This document shows, piece by piece, positions 18,694 through 30,099 of a stretch of DNA of 44,631 nt. The notes beneath the pieces are model-generated. The model saw nothing but the letters and a program-made list of their open reading frames with translations. It did no database searches and was not told the DNA's origin. The first letter of the stretch is position 1, and every line of letters starts with the position of its first letter. The DNA is from Bdellovibrionota bacterium (lineage in GTDB: Bacteria > Bdellovibrionota_C > UBA2361). Made by a program: the position numbers and the translations under genes. Location of the stretch: positions 1-44,631 of the forward strand of contig JBILDU010000010.1 of the NCBI GenBank assembly GCA_044352465.1. The letters are read 5' to 3'.

Positions 18694-20166
18694 CTATCCC
18701 AGAGCGAATTTCGTCTTAATATACTGGATGAACGGCCCCGCTGAAAGCTCGGTCCCCGCAATACGGCGAATAAGCTCAGGACCGGTATAGCGCATGCCGT
18801 GCTGGTGGACGTTCGTCCGTAACCAGTCGTATATCGGGCGAAAATCACCCCGCTTGACCCCCTCATCGAACCCCGGGATAGCCCCTCGCAGCGCCTCAAG
18901 CATTAAAGCACCGTAGAGGTTCCCTAACGCATAGGTGGGAAAATATCCGATCATTCCCCCGTACCAATGCACATCTTGCAAAACACCATCAGCATCGGTT
19001 GCTGAGCGTACCCCGAGGTATTTTTCATACAGGTCTCCCCACGCTCCCGGAAGGTCGTCCACCTCGACGTCACCCTTCAAAAGCGCCTCCTCGAGGAGAA
19101 GGCGGATCACCACATGGAGCGAATAGGTCACCTCATCCGCTTCGACCCGGATAAGGCTCGGGCTCACCCGATTCACTTCGCGCCAGATACTCTCCCACCC
19201 AGTCCGTTGGTGCTCAGCAGGAAGATACTCAGCCAGGAGCTTGTGAAGATACCGCGCAAAAGCGGGACTCCTTCCGACGATATTTTCCCAAAACCGGGAC
19301 TGAGACTCATGGATACCGAGTGAGATCGGCTGGCCCAGGGGCCGGCCCCGAAACTCTTTTCGTAGACCGTCTTCGTACATGGCGTGCCCCGCCTCGTGCA
19401 GTGCAGTAAAGAGAGCGGAGAGGTAGTTTGATTCGTCGTACCGAGTAGTAAGACGGATATCCTCAGAACCGAGCGAGGCCTGAAAGGGGTGGTGTGTTTT
19501 ATCAAGCCGGCCCGATTCAAAATTATACCCGACATCGGTCAGTACGCGGGTACAGAGCGCCACTTGGACAGCTTCGGGAAAGGAGCCCTTTGTTACCGCG
19601 GTGCCTTTCGTACGCTCGGTGATAGTCGGCACCAGCGTCGCAAGCTCCTGGCCGAGAGTGAGCAGGAGCGGTTTGATCTGACTAAGCCGAGCCTGGGGCT
19701 CATAGGAGTCGAGGAGCGCGTCGTACGGATGTTCCGTATAGCCCACGAGCTCCGCCTCCGCGCGAGCCAGCTCGACTATCCGCGACAAATGCGGGCGAAC
19801 CCGCGCAAAATCGTTCGCCGGCCGCGCCTTGGTCCACTCAGTATAGGCTATCGAGGTAACCCGTGATCGTTCAGCCACGAACGTTTCGGGCATCTTGCCC
19901 TGCCGGGCGATCGTGCGCTTTAGCTCGGCGACGTTCACCCGATCATCCGCGCTGAGATCCGGCCCCTCGGACAGCGTGTGCACAAGGTCGATAAATCCGG
20001 GGTCGGTTAGCCGCTGATGAAGGAGCTTACTCATGAGCTCGAGATGATCCGCCCGCTCCATCGCCCCACGGGGCGGAAGGCAAACCTGCTGATCCCATTC
20101 GAGCACCCCACGAATGCAACTCAAGCGATAGATCTCATCAAGATGGGAGTAAAACTTCGACAACAT
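18694..20166 (-). CDS. Carboxypeptidase M32 (Taq family)
   Basis: LEWDQQ, HPF, LHEAGHAMYE (HExxH), IHESQSRFWEN, IRVEADE, QDVHW and GYFPTYALG. Confidence 0.96.
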   Translation of the reverse strand: MLSKFYSHLDEIYRLSCIRGVLEWDQQVCLPPRGAMERADHLELMSKLLHQRLTDPGFIDLVHTLSEGPDLSADDRVNVAELKRTIARQGKMPETFVAERSRVTSIAYTEWTKARPANDFARVRPHLSRIVELARAEAELVGYTEHPYDALLDSYEPQARLSQIKPLLLTLGQELATLVPTITERTKGTAVTKGSFPEAVQVALCTRVLTDVGYNFESGRLDKTHHPFQASLGSEDIRLTTRYDESNYLSALFTALHEAGHAMYEDGLRKEFRGRPLGQPISLGIHESQSRFWENIVGRSPAFARYLHKLLAEYLPAEHQRTGWESIWREVNRVSPSLIRVEADEVTYSLHVVIRLLLEEALLKGDVEVDDLPGAWGDLYEKYLGVRSATDADGVLQDVHWYGGMIGYFPTYALGNLYGALMLEALRGAIPGFDEGVKRGDFRPIYDWLRTNVHQHGMRYTGPELIRRIAGTELSAGPFIQYIKTKFALG

Positions 20167-20372
20167 AAAAGGCTCTGAAAAGTACAGGGTGGATTCACCA
20201 CATGAGATGCCACAAGTGTACCAGACGTACGGGCGAATCGATACACTATCATCAGCCCGAGCTCGCGCCGGATCGCCTGAATATCCCGTTCAGTAAGTCT
20301 TGCCACCCGCCAGAGGTTTCGCGCTCGGGACACAAGCGCGGCGAGGATAGCCGCAGTTCGATGAGCGTTGAT

Positions 20373-20894
20373 TCAATGCGATGGCGCTGCTCGATTATAC
20401 GGGAGCGAAACCTCGCCACTCTCATCTCCGAGGGGAAGAAGTCCTTCAAGGATTCGCTTGTGCGCCTCCTGAAGTCCTCCCTGAAGGGTCTCGGCCGCAA
20501 TGGTACAAACTGCCCCCTCAAGTGATTCCATCGACTCGATCAGCTCATTCATTCTCCCCCGACTATGCGGGTCACCCTTCAGGTCAGGCTCGAGCTCAGC
20601 CAGTCGACTAAGAATCCGACTCTCGATATCAAAAATTTGCGCTCCGGCTTCCCGCTTTACGACCGCTGGAAGGCTCTGCAGGAGCTCGCTGAAAAGGGTG
20701 TTACACTCGCTGAGATACCGGGCCGTACTCGGAGCGGTAAGAATCTCAATTTTCTCACGAAGTTTCCCCAATTCGCGTCGATGTTTCTCCCGCTCCTGCA
20801 CGCCACTTCGCATCCCCACGAGGAGACCGCAGACCGCTCCACATAGCCCCACAATGGCCGCAGCTAAAGTAACGGTGGTTAGGTCAAACGACAT
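20373..20894 (-). CDS. Hypothetical membrane-anchored coiled-coil protein
   Basis: N-terminal hydrophobic helix followed by a charged helical region. Confidence 0.6.
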   Translation of the reverse strand: MSFDLTTVTLAAAIVGLCGAVCGLLVGMRSGVQEREKHRRELGKLREKIEILTAPSTARYLSECNTLFSELLQSLPAVVKREAGAQIFDIESRILSRLAELEPDLKGDPHSRGRMNELIESMESLEGAVCTIAAETLQGGLQEAHKRILEGLLPLGDESGEVSLPYNRAAPSH

Positions 20895-20993
20895 TCGCCA
20901 GCACTCTTCGTTACTTTTTTGATGCGCGAGAGACGACCGGAGAACGGTGTTTTTGAATCCGCTCGTGTTCCGTAAAAAAAGCTCTTGCGCCCG

Positions 20994-21112
20994 CTAGTGG
21001 TTCGACCATTAAATTCTTTCACCTGCAAGGTAATAGAATTTATGCTCACCACTAGTCCTGAGTTAGTTTTTCACTCCGCGGGAGTGAAAAAACTTATTGG
21101 TGGAAGGACTAG
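20994..21112. repeat. 119-bp CTAG-bounded dispersed repeat (MITE/REP-like), copy 2, inverted relative to copy 1
   Basis: 117/119 identical to the reverse complement of 5821-5939. The flanks are unrelated. Confidence 0.92.
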
Positions 21113-21172
21113 AGGTTTTGGGATCGGGCTCGGTCGAGGCGTATGTACGGCGAGCCCAGTCGAGCAGCTCAG

Positions 21173-21646
21173 TTATTTTCTACCCGCCCAATAACATTCG
21201 AATTCAGCGAGTGGTCCAAGGTACCCGGAAAGTCGACGAGGTTCAGCCTTACGGCGTACCGCGGCGGGGGTATACCACCCCCACCCCATAAACTCTCGCT
21301 CTGGGGTGGCGATCTGAATAGCGCTATCATCGGCGACAAATCGTACGAGCCAAAAGGTCTGCGCTTGCCCCCGAAACACTTCAGCTCCATACGCACGCGG
21401 CGTGCTGAAATCGTAGGTATGGGTGGCTTTCAACTGGGCGACGACAGCAAAACATTCCTTTGCTGCACCGAGCTCCTCTTGGAGTTCTCGGAGCACATTC
21501 TCCTCAAGCGACTGTCCAGCATCGACACCCCCTTGGGGAAACTGCCAGGTTTCGGGCTCACCCTCACGCTGGCCGAGAAAGAGCTCACCCCGACTATTAA
21601 AGACGAGCATACATACATTGGGACGATACGGAGGGTGAGCACTCAT
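21173..21646 (-). CDS. rppH: RNA pyrophosphohydrolase (Nudix)
   Basis: YRPNV, WQFPQGGVD…RELQEELG (Nudix box), FRGQAQTWF and EFMGWGW. Confidence 0.88.
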   Translation of the reverse strand: MSAHPPYRPNVCMLVFNSRGELFLGQREGEPETWQFPQGGVDAGQSLEENVLRELQEELGAAKECFAVVAQLKATHTYDFSTPRAYGAEVFRGQAQTFWLVRFVADDSAIQIATPEREFMGWGWYTPAAVRRKAEPRRLSGYLGPLAEFECYWAGRK

Positions 21647-21682
21647 AGTGGGCAAGGATACCAAAAGAGCGCCCCAGCGTCA

Positions 21683-23224
21683 TCAACCACCACCATACTC
21701 GGTGAAGTGACGGATCGAGATGAGGCCGGTGCCGAGTAGCCGGCGTAACTCATCGGCGAGCGATGGAGTCTCAGGCGTCACATCGCTCGGCCGCAAGCCG
21801 CCTTTGGAGGCGATCACAGTGGCGATCGCCTCGTTAACCACGATGCACTCAGCGATGACCTGCCGCCCAGCGAAGCCAGCGTAGTCACACCGAGTACACC
21901 CAACCTCTCGGTAGATACTCACTCCGAGTCGATTTGACGCAGCTAAATCGATCACTTTACAAGCTCGACAGAGCAGCGGTACGAGCCGTTGGCAAACGAT
22001 AAGCCGAAGCGCATCCGCTACGGTGGCTGCCTCAACGCCGAGCTGAATCACGCGATTCGGCACATCGAAACTCCGTCGGGCATGCACCGTGCCGATGACG
22101 AGATGACCGGTGAGAGCCGCGTGAAACGCCGTCCGTGCACTGACCCCATCGCGGACCTCACCGAGCGCGATGACATCGGGATCCTGCCGGAGTACCGCTT
22201 TAAGTGCCGCGGGGTAATCGAGTCCGATCTTTTCGTCGAGGGATGTCTGACTAATTCCAACGATCTCCTGCTCTACTGGATCCTCAATAGTAACAACGCT
22301 GCGGCCACTCCGGGCTATCTCAACAAGCGCCGCATATATCGAGGTCGACTTACCGCTACCGGTAGGACCTGAGAAGAGCGCCAGCCCCTCCCGTCGAGCG
22401 ATAAATCGGCGCATCTCCTCTAATGCGAGGGGCCCAAGACCGAGACGACCGAGCTCCGGCGCCCCAGCTGTTCCAAGAAAGCGGATGACGACCTTCTCCC
22501 CGTGGATCGTGGGCATGATGGCGACGCGCGCCGAGAGCGCCCGCGCGCCCTCTCGCGGCACAATAAATGCTCCATCCTGTGGAGTCGTTCGCTGGGTGGT
22601 ATCGAGCTGTGCGAGCACCTTAAGGCGGGCGACCATCTGCGTATAGACCGCTGGAGAGCACAGTGGCTCGTCGTGCGAACGAAGTTCGCCCCCGATCCGG
22701 ATTCGTAGATACACGCCATCCCGACGGGGAACGAAGTGAAGGTCAGAAGCGGATTGTGCCGCGGCATACTCGATAATCGTTGCCACCGTTTGAGCAGCGT
22801 CACCGCTCGCAGGGCGTAGCGGAGGCAAGCCGATCTTTGCCTGAGCAACATCGCCGCGGAGAAGCTCGATCGCTGAAGTGAGCCGCCGCTCATCTCCGTG
22901 GTAGGCGTCGACGATCGCCTCACGCAGTATCTCCGGTGCAATTTCAACGCACCGTACAACCATACCAAGGGCGAATCGAACCTCCGCGACGAGCTCATCC
23001 GCTCTGCCGCGTGGAACCGCGACCGTTGCAACCTTCTCGCCGCTCACCGTGGCCACTCCGAGTGGTAACGCCGGAAGGCGTGCTGCTATCTCGAAGGGAA
23101 GAAGAGCTCGCGCGCTGGGTGAGGAACATCGCCCGAGATCGGCGGCACTGACCTCCTCACACCATACACTCTGAGACTCGGCCCCGGGGTCACCCGATAC
23201 TTTTGGAAAGAAGGATGCGCACAT
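21683..23224 (-). CDS. GspE/PilB-family secretion/pilus assembly ATPase
   Basis: ASDLHF, PQDG, Walker A GPTGSGKS, TIEDPVE, LRQDPD..GEVRD, TGHLV..TVHA and CxxC…CxxC. Confidence 0.92.
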   Translation of the reverse strand: MCASFFPKVSGDPGAESQSVWCEEVSAADLGRCSSPSARALLPFEIAARLPALPLGVATVSGEKVATVAVPRGRADELVAEVRFALGMVVRCVEIAPEILREAIVDAYHGDERRLTSAIELLRGDVAQAKIGLPPLRPASGDAAQTVATIIEYAAAQSASDLHFVPRRDGVYLRIRIGGELRSHDEPLCSPAVYTQMVARLKVLAQLDTTQRTTPQDGAFIVPREGARALSARVAIMPTIHGEKVVIRFLGTAGAPELGRLGLGPLALEEMRRFIARREGLALFSGPTGSGKSTSIYAALVEIARSGRSVVTIEDPVEQEIVGISQTSLDEKIGLDYPAALKAVLRQDPDVIALGEVRDGVSARTAFHAALTGHLVIGTVHARRSFDVPNRVIQLGVEAATVADALRLIVCQRLVPLLCRACKVIDLAASNRLGVSIYREVGCTRCDYAGFAGRQVIAECIVVNEAIATVIASKGGLRPSDVTPETPSLADELRRLLGTGLISIRHFTEYGGG

Positions 23225-23793
23225 ACACCTAAACGAGAATCCATCGTTCGGTTATCGGCGATAGAGTTGAGTCGTTGCGGCGCGGCAAGGGCGCAGTTGC
23301 GAGCTACCGCTTCAGTTTGGGTGGCAGCCGGTTTTGTTGACCTATGGTTGGGGGAGGCCCTAAAGGTGGGTCGGTCTATGGTGCCAACTCGTTGCTTCAA
23401 CATCCCGTGATACCGTCATAGATAAAACTGATTCTATTTAATAAGTTAAATCTTGAGTCAAACTGCTCATTTTAGAACATTATTTTAAGTTTTAGAATAA
23501 AAGAGCCGACCACCTTACAAGCGGGAAGCTGTGACCGGTTTGTTAAACAGGGTTTTTGTACCCCGGCAAGCCGGTGAACGGAGTCAGGAACATAGTTCGA
23601 GTTGAGCGGAAACGCGCCTCATATGCTGGGGCACCCCGATTCTGCAACGAACGTTTTACCGTAAATTTAGGAGCTACGAATTAAACGCCAGCATCTCGTG
23701 CCGAGTTGTGCACGGGGCACTGGTCAGGCCGATGGCGGACGATGGACTTTAAACGAGAAAGGTGCCCGAAAGACCACTTTTTTCAACGTGATA

Positions 23794-24000
23794 CTAACGA
23801 TTTTGGTTTGAGCGCCTTCTTTTGACGAGTTCGAGACCGAGAAAATTGGCAAGCTGATCGGCGGTACGAAGCTTAATATCGCGCTCGCCGTTCATAAAAC
23901 GACGTAGAACAGCGTGATCGATGCCTGAGCCAACGGCGATGGCATAGCGAGAGAGCTTCGATTTTAGGATAGCGTTTCTGAGTTCTTCACTGATTGTCAT
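23794..24000 (-). CDS. Small Cro/XRE-type helix-turn-helix protein
   Basis: 68 aa, 'LSRYAIAVGSGIDHAVLRRFMNGERDIKLRTADQLANFLGLEL' matches the XRE HTH pattern. GGAG upstream. Confidence 0.85.
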   Translation of the reverse strand: MTISEELRNAILKSKLSRYAIAVGSGIDHAVLRRFMNGERDIKLRTADQLANFLGLELVKRRRSNQNR

Positions 24001-24097
24001 TCGTACGCCATCTCCGTCTTATGGCTCACGGATGTTATTGTATCCAGCGAAGCGGATAAAGATATGACGATTGACCCATAAAACGAAGGGGGTAATT

Positions 24098-24754
24098 ATG
24101 GGAGTCATGCACTTCGGCAATTCCAAGAACAACCCTCGGGAAGGGGAGCGGAACGGTGAAGATATCGAGCTACTCGTCCGCGAGCTTATGGGCGAAGCGG
24201 ATACGTTTCTCCGAGTTCACTCCGAGCTAAGCCGTTCGGTCCCGGCGGAGGATTACGACTGGGAACTGAACGCTGTCACCGCAGCTACAGCTCATTTGCG
24301 CGTGATCATGCGCTCTTTCGCCCTTAAATACGACGACACGGCTGAGTCCGTTCGACTTGCTGAGGTCATCGCCGCGATTGAAGAGTCAAAGCTCCCTCGG
24401 CCGATAAAGATCACTCGTCCGAAGGTGCTACCGGTCGTTCACGTCAATCGGCGTAGGATTCAAACTCTTTTTACCCTGCTCATCGGGGATGCGATTAAGA
24501 ACAAAGCAAAGCGGATCGCCCTTTCAATACCGCGAAAGGGTCATTTCAAGCTCTCCGATGATCGGCCAAAGTCGGCCCATCTAAGAGGGGGCGATCACTT
24601 CGCGCTCACTTCGATAGGACAGAACGGACGGGCTCAGGCGAACGTAGACCTTTACCTCGCGAAAGAGATCGTCGGTTTTTATGGTGGCGGAATAAGGATC
24701 TCGTTTACCGCCCGCTCCGTTGAGTTTGATTTCACCTTACCGACCGAAGGGTAA
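24098..24754 (+). CDS. Degenerate histidine-kinase-like (DHp/HATPase fold) protein
   Basis: LPVVHVNRRRIQTLFTLLIGDAIKN (N-box-like) and DLYLAKEIVGFYGGGI…FDFTLP (G2 and C-terminal strand-like). AAGGGGG RBS before the ATG at 24098. Confidence 0.75.
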   Translation: MGVMHFGNSKNNPREGERNGEDIELLVRELMGEADTFLRVHSELSRSVPAEDYDWELNAVTAATAHLRVIMRSFALKYDDTAESVRLAEVIAAIEESKLPRPIKITRPKVLPVVHVNRRRIQTLFTLLIGDAIKNKAKRIALSIPRKGHFKLSDDRPKSAHLRGGDHFALTSIGQNGRAQANVDLYLAKEIVGFYGGGIRISFTARSVEFDFTLPTEG

Positions 24755-24950
24755 CCCGGAGTAGAGGGCTCTACATGGGCGTGGTTGAGCAGGAGCAAAT
24801 GAAGCTGCTCTTGGTCGCCCCGGAGGGATACCAGGAAAATATAGCACCCCCTGTCCCAGCACCGACATGAAAAGACTTTCCGGTCGGAGTAACAGCCTTG
24901 ATTGCCCATGAGAGTATGGGCAATCAAGGCTCGCTAAGTTGTATATGATA

Positions 24951-24978
24951 AAAAAAACAGCCCTCCGGGGCTGTTTTT
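24951..24978. terminator. Bidirectional intrinsic terminator downstream of the atp operon
   Basis: AAAAAAACAGCCC-TCCG-GGGCTGTTTTT between convergent genes. Confidence 0.85.
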
Positions 24979-25040
24979 CAACGCGCTCAAAGCTCGACCG
25001 TAAAACCTCTGGCAGCTGAAAAGACCTATCCGACGGGATA

Positions 25041-25460
25041 CTAGTGGGCGTTCAGCGCTAAAAGTCTGTCGATCGCCTCGATTCGGGCGAGCTTCTCTTG
25101 AGCGAGAATCCATTGGGGATCGTTCTCTCCCCCACCCTTCGACTGCTCGGCGAGTGCAGCCTTGTCTTTGGCGTAGCTCTGTCGGTCGACTGACTCAAGG
25201 GTATCTACCCCGTCAGCGAGGACGCTCATCACCCCATCGGTGACGGTACAAAAACCACCGGTAACAACAAGGTGGGTGGTTGCACCCGCGGCATCGGTGA
25301 CCGACAGGATCCCCACACCGAGTAATCCGTTATACTTCACGTGCCCGGGAAGTACTCCGATCTCACCGTGAACCCCGGGGAGTGTTGCTGCCGTAGCAAC
25401 AACCTCCCGCTCGAGCCCTCGCGGGGTCACGATCTTGAGGGTAAATGCGTCGTTCGCCAT
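25041..25460 (-). CDS. atpC: ATP synthase F1 epsilon subunit
   Basis: LKIVTP, GEIGVLPGH and GGF motifs, plus operon position. Confidence 0.95.
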   Translation of the reverse strand: MANDAFTLKIVTPRGLEREVVATAATLPGVHGEIGVLPGHVKYNGLLGVGILSVTDAAGATTHLVVTGGFCTVTDGVMSVLADGVDTLESVDRQSYAKDKAALAEQSKGGGENDPQWILAQEKLARIEAIDRLLALNAH

Positions 25461-25502
25461 ACCACCTTCTCGATAAAAGACTTCGCTAGAACAAAGGGAC
25501 GC

Positions 25503-26981
<1,479 letters not shown>

Positions 26982-26994
26982 TTAATGTGACCGA

Positions 26995-27888
26995 TTAATC
27001 GACCGCCTCCGCCCCACCGAGGATATCGAGGAGCTCAGCGGTGATACGCGACTGCCGTACCTTATTGAACTTGAGTTGGAGGGCGTAGCTCAACTCACCC
27101 GCATTCTTCGTGGCCGCATCCATGGCAGTCATCCGACTCCCTTGCTCACTCGCCTTGGCGTCGAGGGCAGCTTGGCGGACTTTGGTTCTGAGGATTCGAG
27201 GAATTATCGCTCCGTACACCTCGGCTGGACTTGGCTCAAACTTAGCCACACCTGGGGAGAGAGTAGCTCCACCACTCGGCGCGGTAACGGTGCTCGCCTC
27301 AAGGGGGAGAAGCCTCTCCGCGGTCGGTACCATCGAAATCGCCGATTTGAACCGGGTAAAGATGAGATACACCTCATCGTAATTCCCCGCAGCAAACTCG
27401 AGCTCAATCGTGCGGGTAATGTCCTCAATCGGCCACGTATTGGCATCTTCACCGAGCTGCTCATACGCTTCAACGTAATCGCGGCGAACCCGCCGGAAGT
27501 ACTCCGCCGGCTTACGACCAACGAGAACCGACTTGATGGCGGCTCCAGGATGCTTCACTTTCAGCTCGCGCACGGTGCTTTCCACCATTTTGTTGACGTT
27601 GGTGTTGTAGCCACCACACAGTCCCCGACTTCCACCGATCACAAGGAGGCAGATATTTTTCACCTCACTCCGTGACTCCATCAGCGGGTGCGACAAGTCG
27701 AGTCCGGCCGACTCAGCTTGCAATGCCGCTAAAAGATCATTTAAGGCGTTGGAGTATTCGCGGGTCCTAATGACCGACTCCTGCGCCTTGCGTAGCTTGG
27801 CCGCCGACACGAGCTTCATCGCGTACGTAATCTTCTTGGTGTTCCTCACCGAGCGAAGACGTCGCTTGATTTCCTTCAATCCAGCCAT
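26995..27888 (-). CDS. atpG: ATP synthase F1 gamma subunit
   Basis: KITYAMKLVSAAKL, RGLCGGYN, RMTAMDAATKNA and RQSRITAEL. Confidence 0.98.
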   Translation of the reverse strand: MAGLKEIKRRLRSVRNTKKITYAMKLVSAAKLRKAQESVIRTREYSNALNDLLAALQAESAGLDLSHPLMESRSEVKNICLLVIGGSRGLCGGYNTNVNKMVESTVRELKVKHPGAAIKSVLVGRKPAEYFRRVRRDYVEAYEQLGEDANTWPIEDITRTIELEFAAGNYDEVYLIFTRFKSAISMVPTAERLLPLEASTVTAPSGGATLSPGVAKFEPSPAEVYGAIIPRILRTKVRQAALDAKASEQGSRMTAMDAATKNAGELSYALQLKFNKVRQSRITAELLDILGGAEAVD

Positions 27889-27916
27889 CGGGATTCCCTA
27901 TCCTTGTTCCAATCCT

Positions 27917-29497
27917 TTACGCTGAAGCCTGCGACGATTGGGACACAGCCGATCCGCCGCTCGCCTTCACCGCACCGTTCGTCGCAGCGATAGCCCCCGC
28001 CGAGAACTGGGCAGCGAACGAGGTGAGGATGGCCGACAACTTCTGTTCTGTATCCTTGTCGATCTCTTTCTTCGTTCGAATCGTGTCGACGATGTCCTTG
28101 TGGTTCGCTTGAAGGTGAGAGTGAAGCGCCGCCTCGAACGCGCGCACCTGATTCACCGGAAGCTTGTCGGTAAAGCCAAGGTTTACCGCCAGAACTGACA
28201 GAACCTGGAACTCTACCGGCATCGGCTTGTACTGATCTTGTTTCAGGATCTCCACAAGCCGTTCACCGCGGGCAAGCTGTGCCCGGGTGGCGGCATCGAG
28301 GTCTGAGCCGAACTGTGCAAAGGCCTGCTTCTCGCGGTATTGCGCGAGGTCGAGACGCAGCGTACCCGCAACCTTCTTCATCGCCTTAATCTGGGCCGCG
28401 CCACCGACCCGGGAGACGGAGAGACCAACGTTAACCGCCGGACGGATACCTGAGTTAAAGAGGTCTGACTCAAGGAAGATCTGCCCATCGGTGATCGAGA
28501 TCACGTTGGTCGGAATGTACGCTGAAACGTCACCCTCAAGCGTCTCGATGATCGGGAGCGCGGTGAGTGAACCCGCACCCAACGCGTCGCTCATCTTGGC
28601 AGCACGCTCAAGGAGTCGCGAGTGGAGATAAAAGACGTCGCCCGGATAAGCCTCACGTCCCGGAGGGCGACGGAGGAGGAGCGAGACCGCACGATAAGCG
28701 GTCGCGTGCTTGGAGAGGTCATCATAGACCACCAAAGCGTGTTTGCCCTTCTCCATGAAGTACTCACCCATCGCGCATCCGGCGTACGGCGCGAGGAACG
28801 CCAGCGGAGCAGGCTCAGAGGCGGTGGCCGCAACAACGATGGTGTGTTCCATGGCACCGTGCTCACGGAGCTTCTCAACCACCTGCGCAACTGAGGAGCG
28901 CTTCTGGCCGATGGCCACATAGATGCAGATGACTCCGTTGCCTTTCTGATTGATGATCGTATCGAGAGCAACGGCAGTTTTTCCGGTCTTTTTGTCGCCG
29001 ATGATAAGCTCGCGTTGACCGCGACCAACCGGGGTCATCGAGTCGATCGCCTTGAGGCCGGTCTGCATCGGCTCGTGAACCGATTTGCGTTTCACGATAC
29101 CGGGGGCCTTAAACTCAAGCCGTCGGGTACCCGATGCAGCGATCTCCCCAAGACCATCGATAGGGTTACCCAGGGCATCGACAACTCGCCCGATGAGCGC
29201 TTCACCGACCGGAACCTCCGCGATGCGGCCGGAACGCTTGACGGTATCGCCCTCGCGAACGAGAGCGGTATCACCCATGATAACAACGGCGACGTTGTCC
29301 TCCTCAAGGTTCAAGGCGATACCAGAGATGCCGCCGCTGAAATCGACGAGCTCACCGGAGCCGACCTTTGCAAGGCCATGAACACGGCAGACCCCGTCAC
29401 CAACTGAGATAACGGTCCCCGTCTCGCTCAACTCTTGAGTGCTCGAGAACTGGCTGATCCGCTGCTTGAGTATCTGGCTGATTTCCTCTGCCTTCAT
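27917..29497 (-). CDS. atpA: ATP synthase F1 alpha subunit
   Basis: [17 protein letters not shown] and [23 protein letters not shown]. Confidence 0.99.
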   Translation of the reverse strand: MKAEEISQILKQRISQFSSTQELSETGTVISVGDGVCRVHGLAKVGSGELVDFSGGISGIALNLEEDNVAVVIMGDTALVREGDTVKRSGRIAEVPVGEALIGRVVDALGNPIDGLGEIAASGTRRLEFKAPGIVKRKSVHEPMQTGLKAIDSMTPVGRGQRELIIGDKKTGKTAVALDTIINQKGNGVICIYVAIGQKRSSVAQVVEKLREHGAMEHTIVVAATASEPAPLAFLAPYAGCAMGEYFMEKGKHALVVYDDLSKHATAYRAVSLLLRRPPGREAYPGDVFYLHSRLLERAAKMSDALGAGSLTALPIIETLEGDVSAYIPTNVISITDGQIFLESDLFNSGIRPAVNVGLSVSRVGGAAQIKAMKKVAGTLRLDLAQYREKQAFAQFGSDLDAATRAQLARGERLVEILKQDQYKPMPVEFQVLSVLAVNLGFTDKLPVNQVRAFEAALHSHLQANHKDIVDTIRTKKEIDKDTEQKLSAILTSFAAQFSAGAIAATNGAVKASGGSAVSQSSQASA

Positions 29498-29534
29498 GGG
29501 TTTTCCTCTAACGATAAAATCTAAGGTTTAAAAC

Positions 29535-30083
29535 TTATGCTTCGAGTAACGCCTCACGAGCTCGCTCGAGGGCACCTTTAACGGAACCATCGAGTTGTCG
29601 ATCCCCCGACTTAATGACGAGTCCTCCAACGAGCGCGGGGTCAACGCTCCAAGAGAGCGCCGCCAGCGAACCAAAATCGTTCTGCATCCGCGCCTGAATC
29701 TCCTGCCGCTCACCCTCGCTCAATGGAAATGCGGAGATGACCTCGAGCGCCAGGATCTTCTTGACGTGAGCAACGAGCGCAGCGAACTCCTTCGCAATCT
29801 CAGCAAGAAGCTCAACACGGGAGTTCTCCAAAAGAACTCCCATAAAATTCTGGAGTGTCACCACGTCACCGCCGGCGACACGCGCAACGTCTTGGGCGGC
29901 GGCAACTCGCTCAGCGAGCGGGACGCCGGGATTTAATAGGGCGTGCCGAAGCTCAAGGCTTTCACCAAAAACAGCCGCGATTCCCTTCAGCCCATCGTTC
30001 ATACGATCGAGGTCGGGGACGGCGGTAAGCTCAAACAGCGCCCGCGCGTACCGCTTTGCAACTTTTCCCTCAACTGTGGCCAC
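29535..30083 (-). CDS. atpH: ATP synthase F1 delta subunit
   Basis: VAKRYARALF and VDPALVGG…DGSV, plus operon position. Confidence 0.95.
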   Translation of the reverse strand: MATVEGKVAKRYARALFELTAVPDLDRMNDGLKGIAAVFGESLELRHALLNPGVPLAERVAAAQDVARVAGGDVVTLQNFMGVLLENSRVELLAEIAKEFAALVAHVKKILALEVISAFPLSEGERQEIQARMQNDFGSLAALSWSVDPALVGGLVIKSGDRQLDGSVKGALERAREALLEA

Positions 30084-30099
30084 GTCACTACCCTCTTGA

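Noticed and set aside
23404..23520. AT-rich patch as possible oriC/DUE
   Set aside because: No TTATCCACA-type DnaA boxes were seen nearby and dnaA is not in the window.
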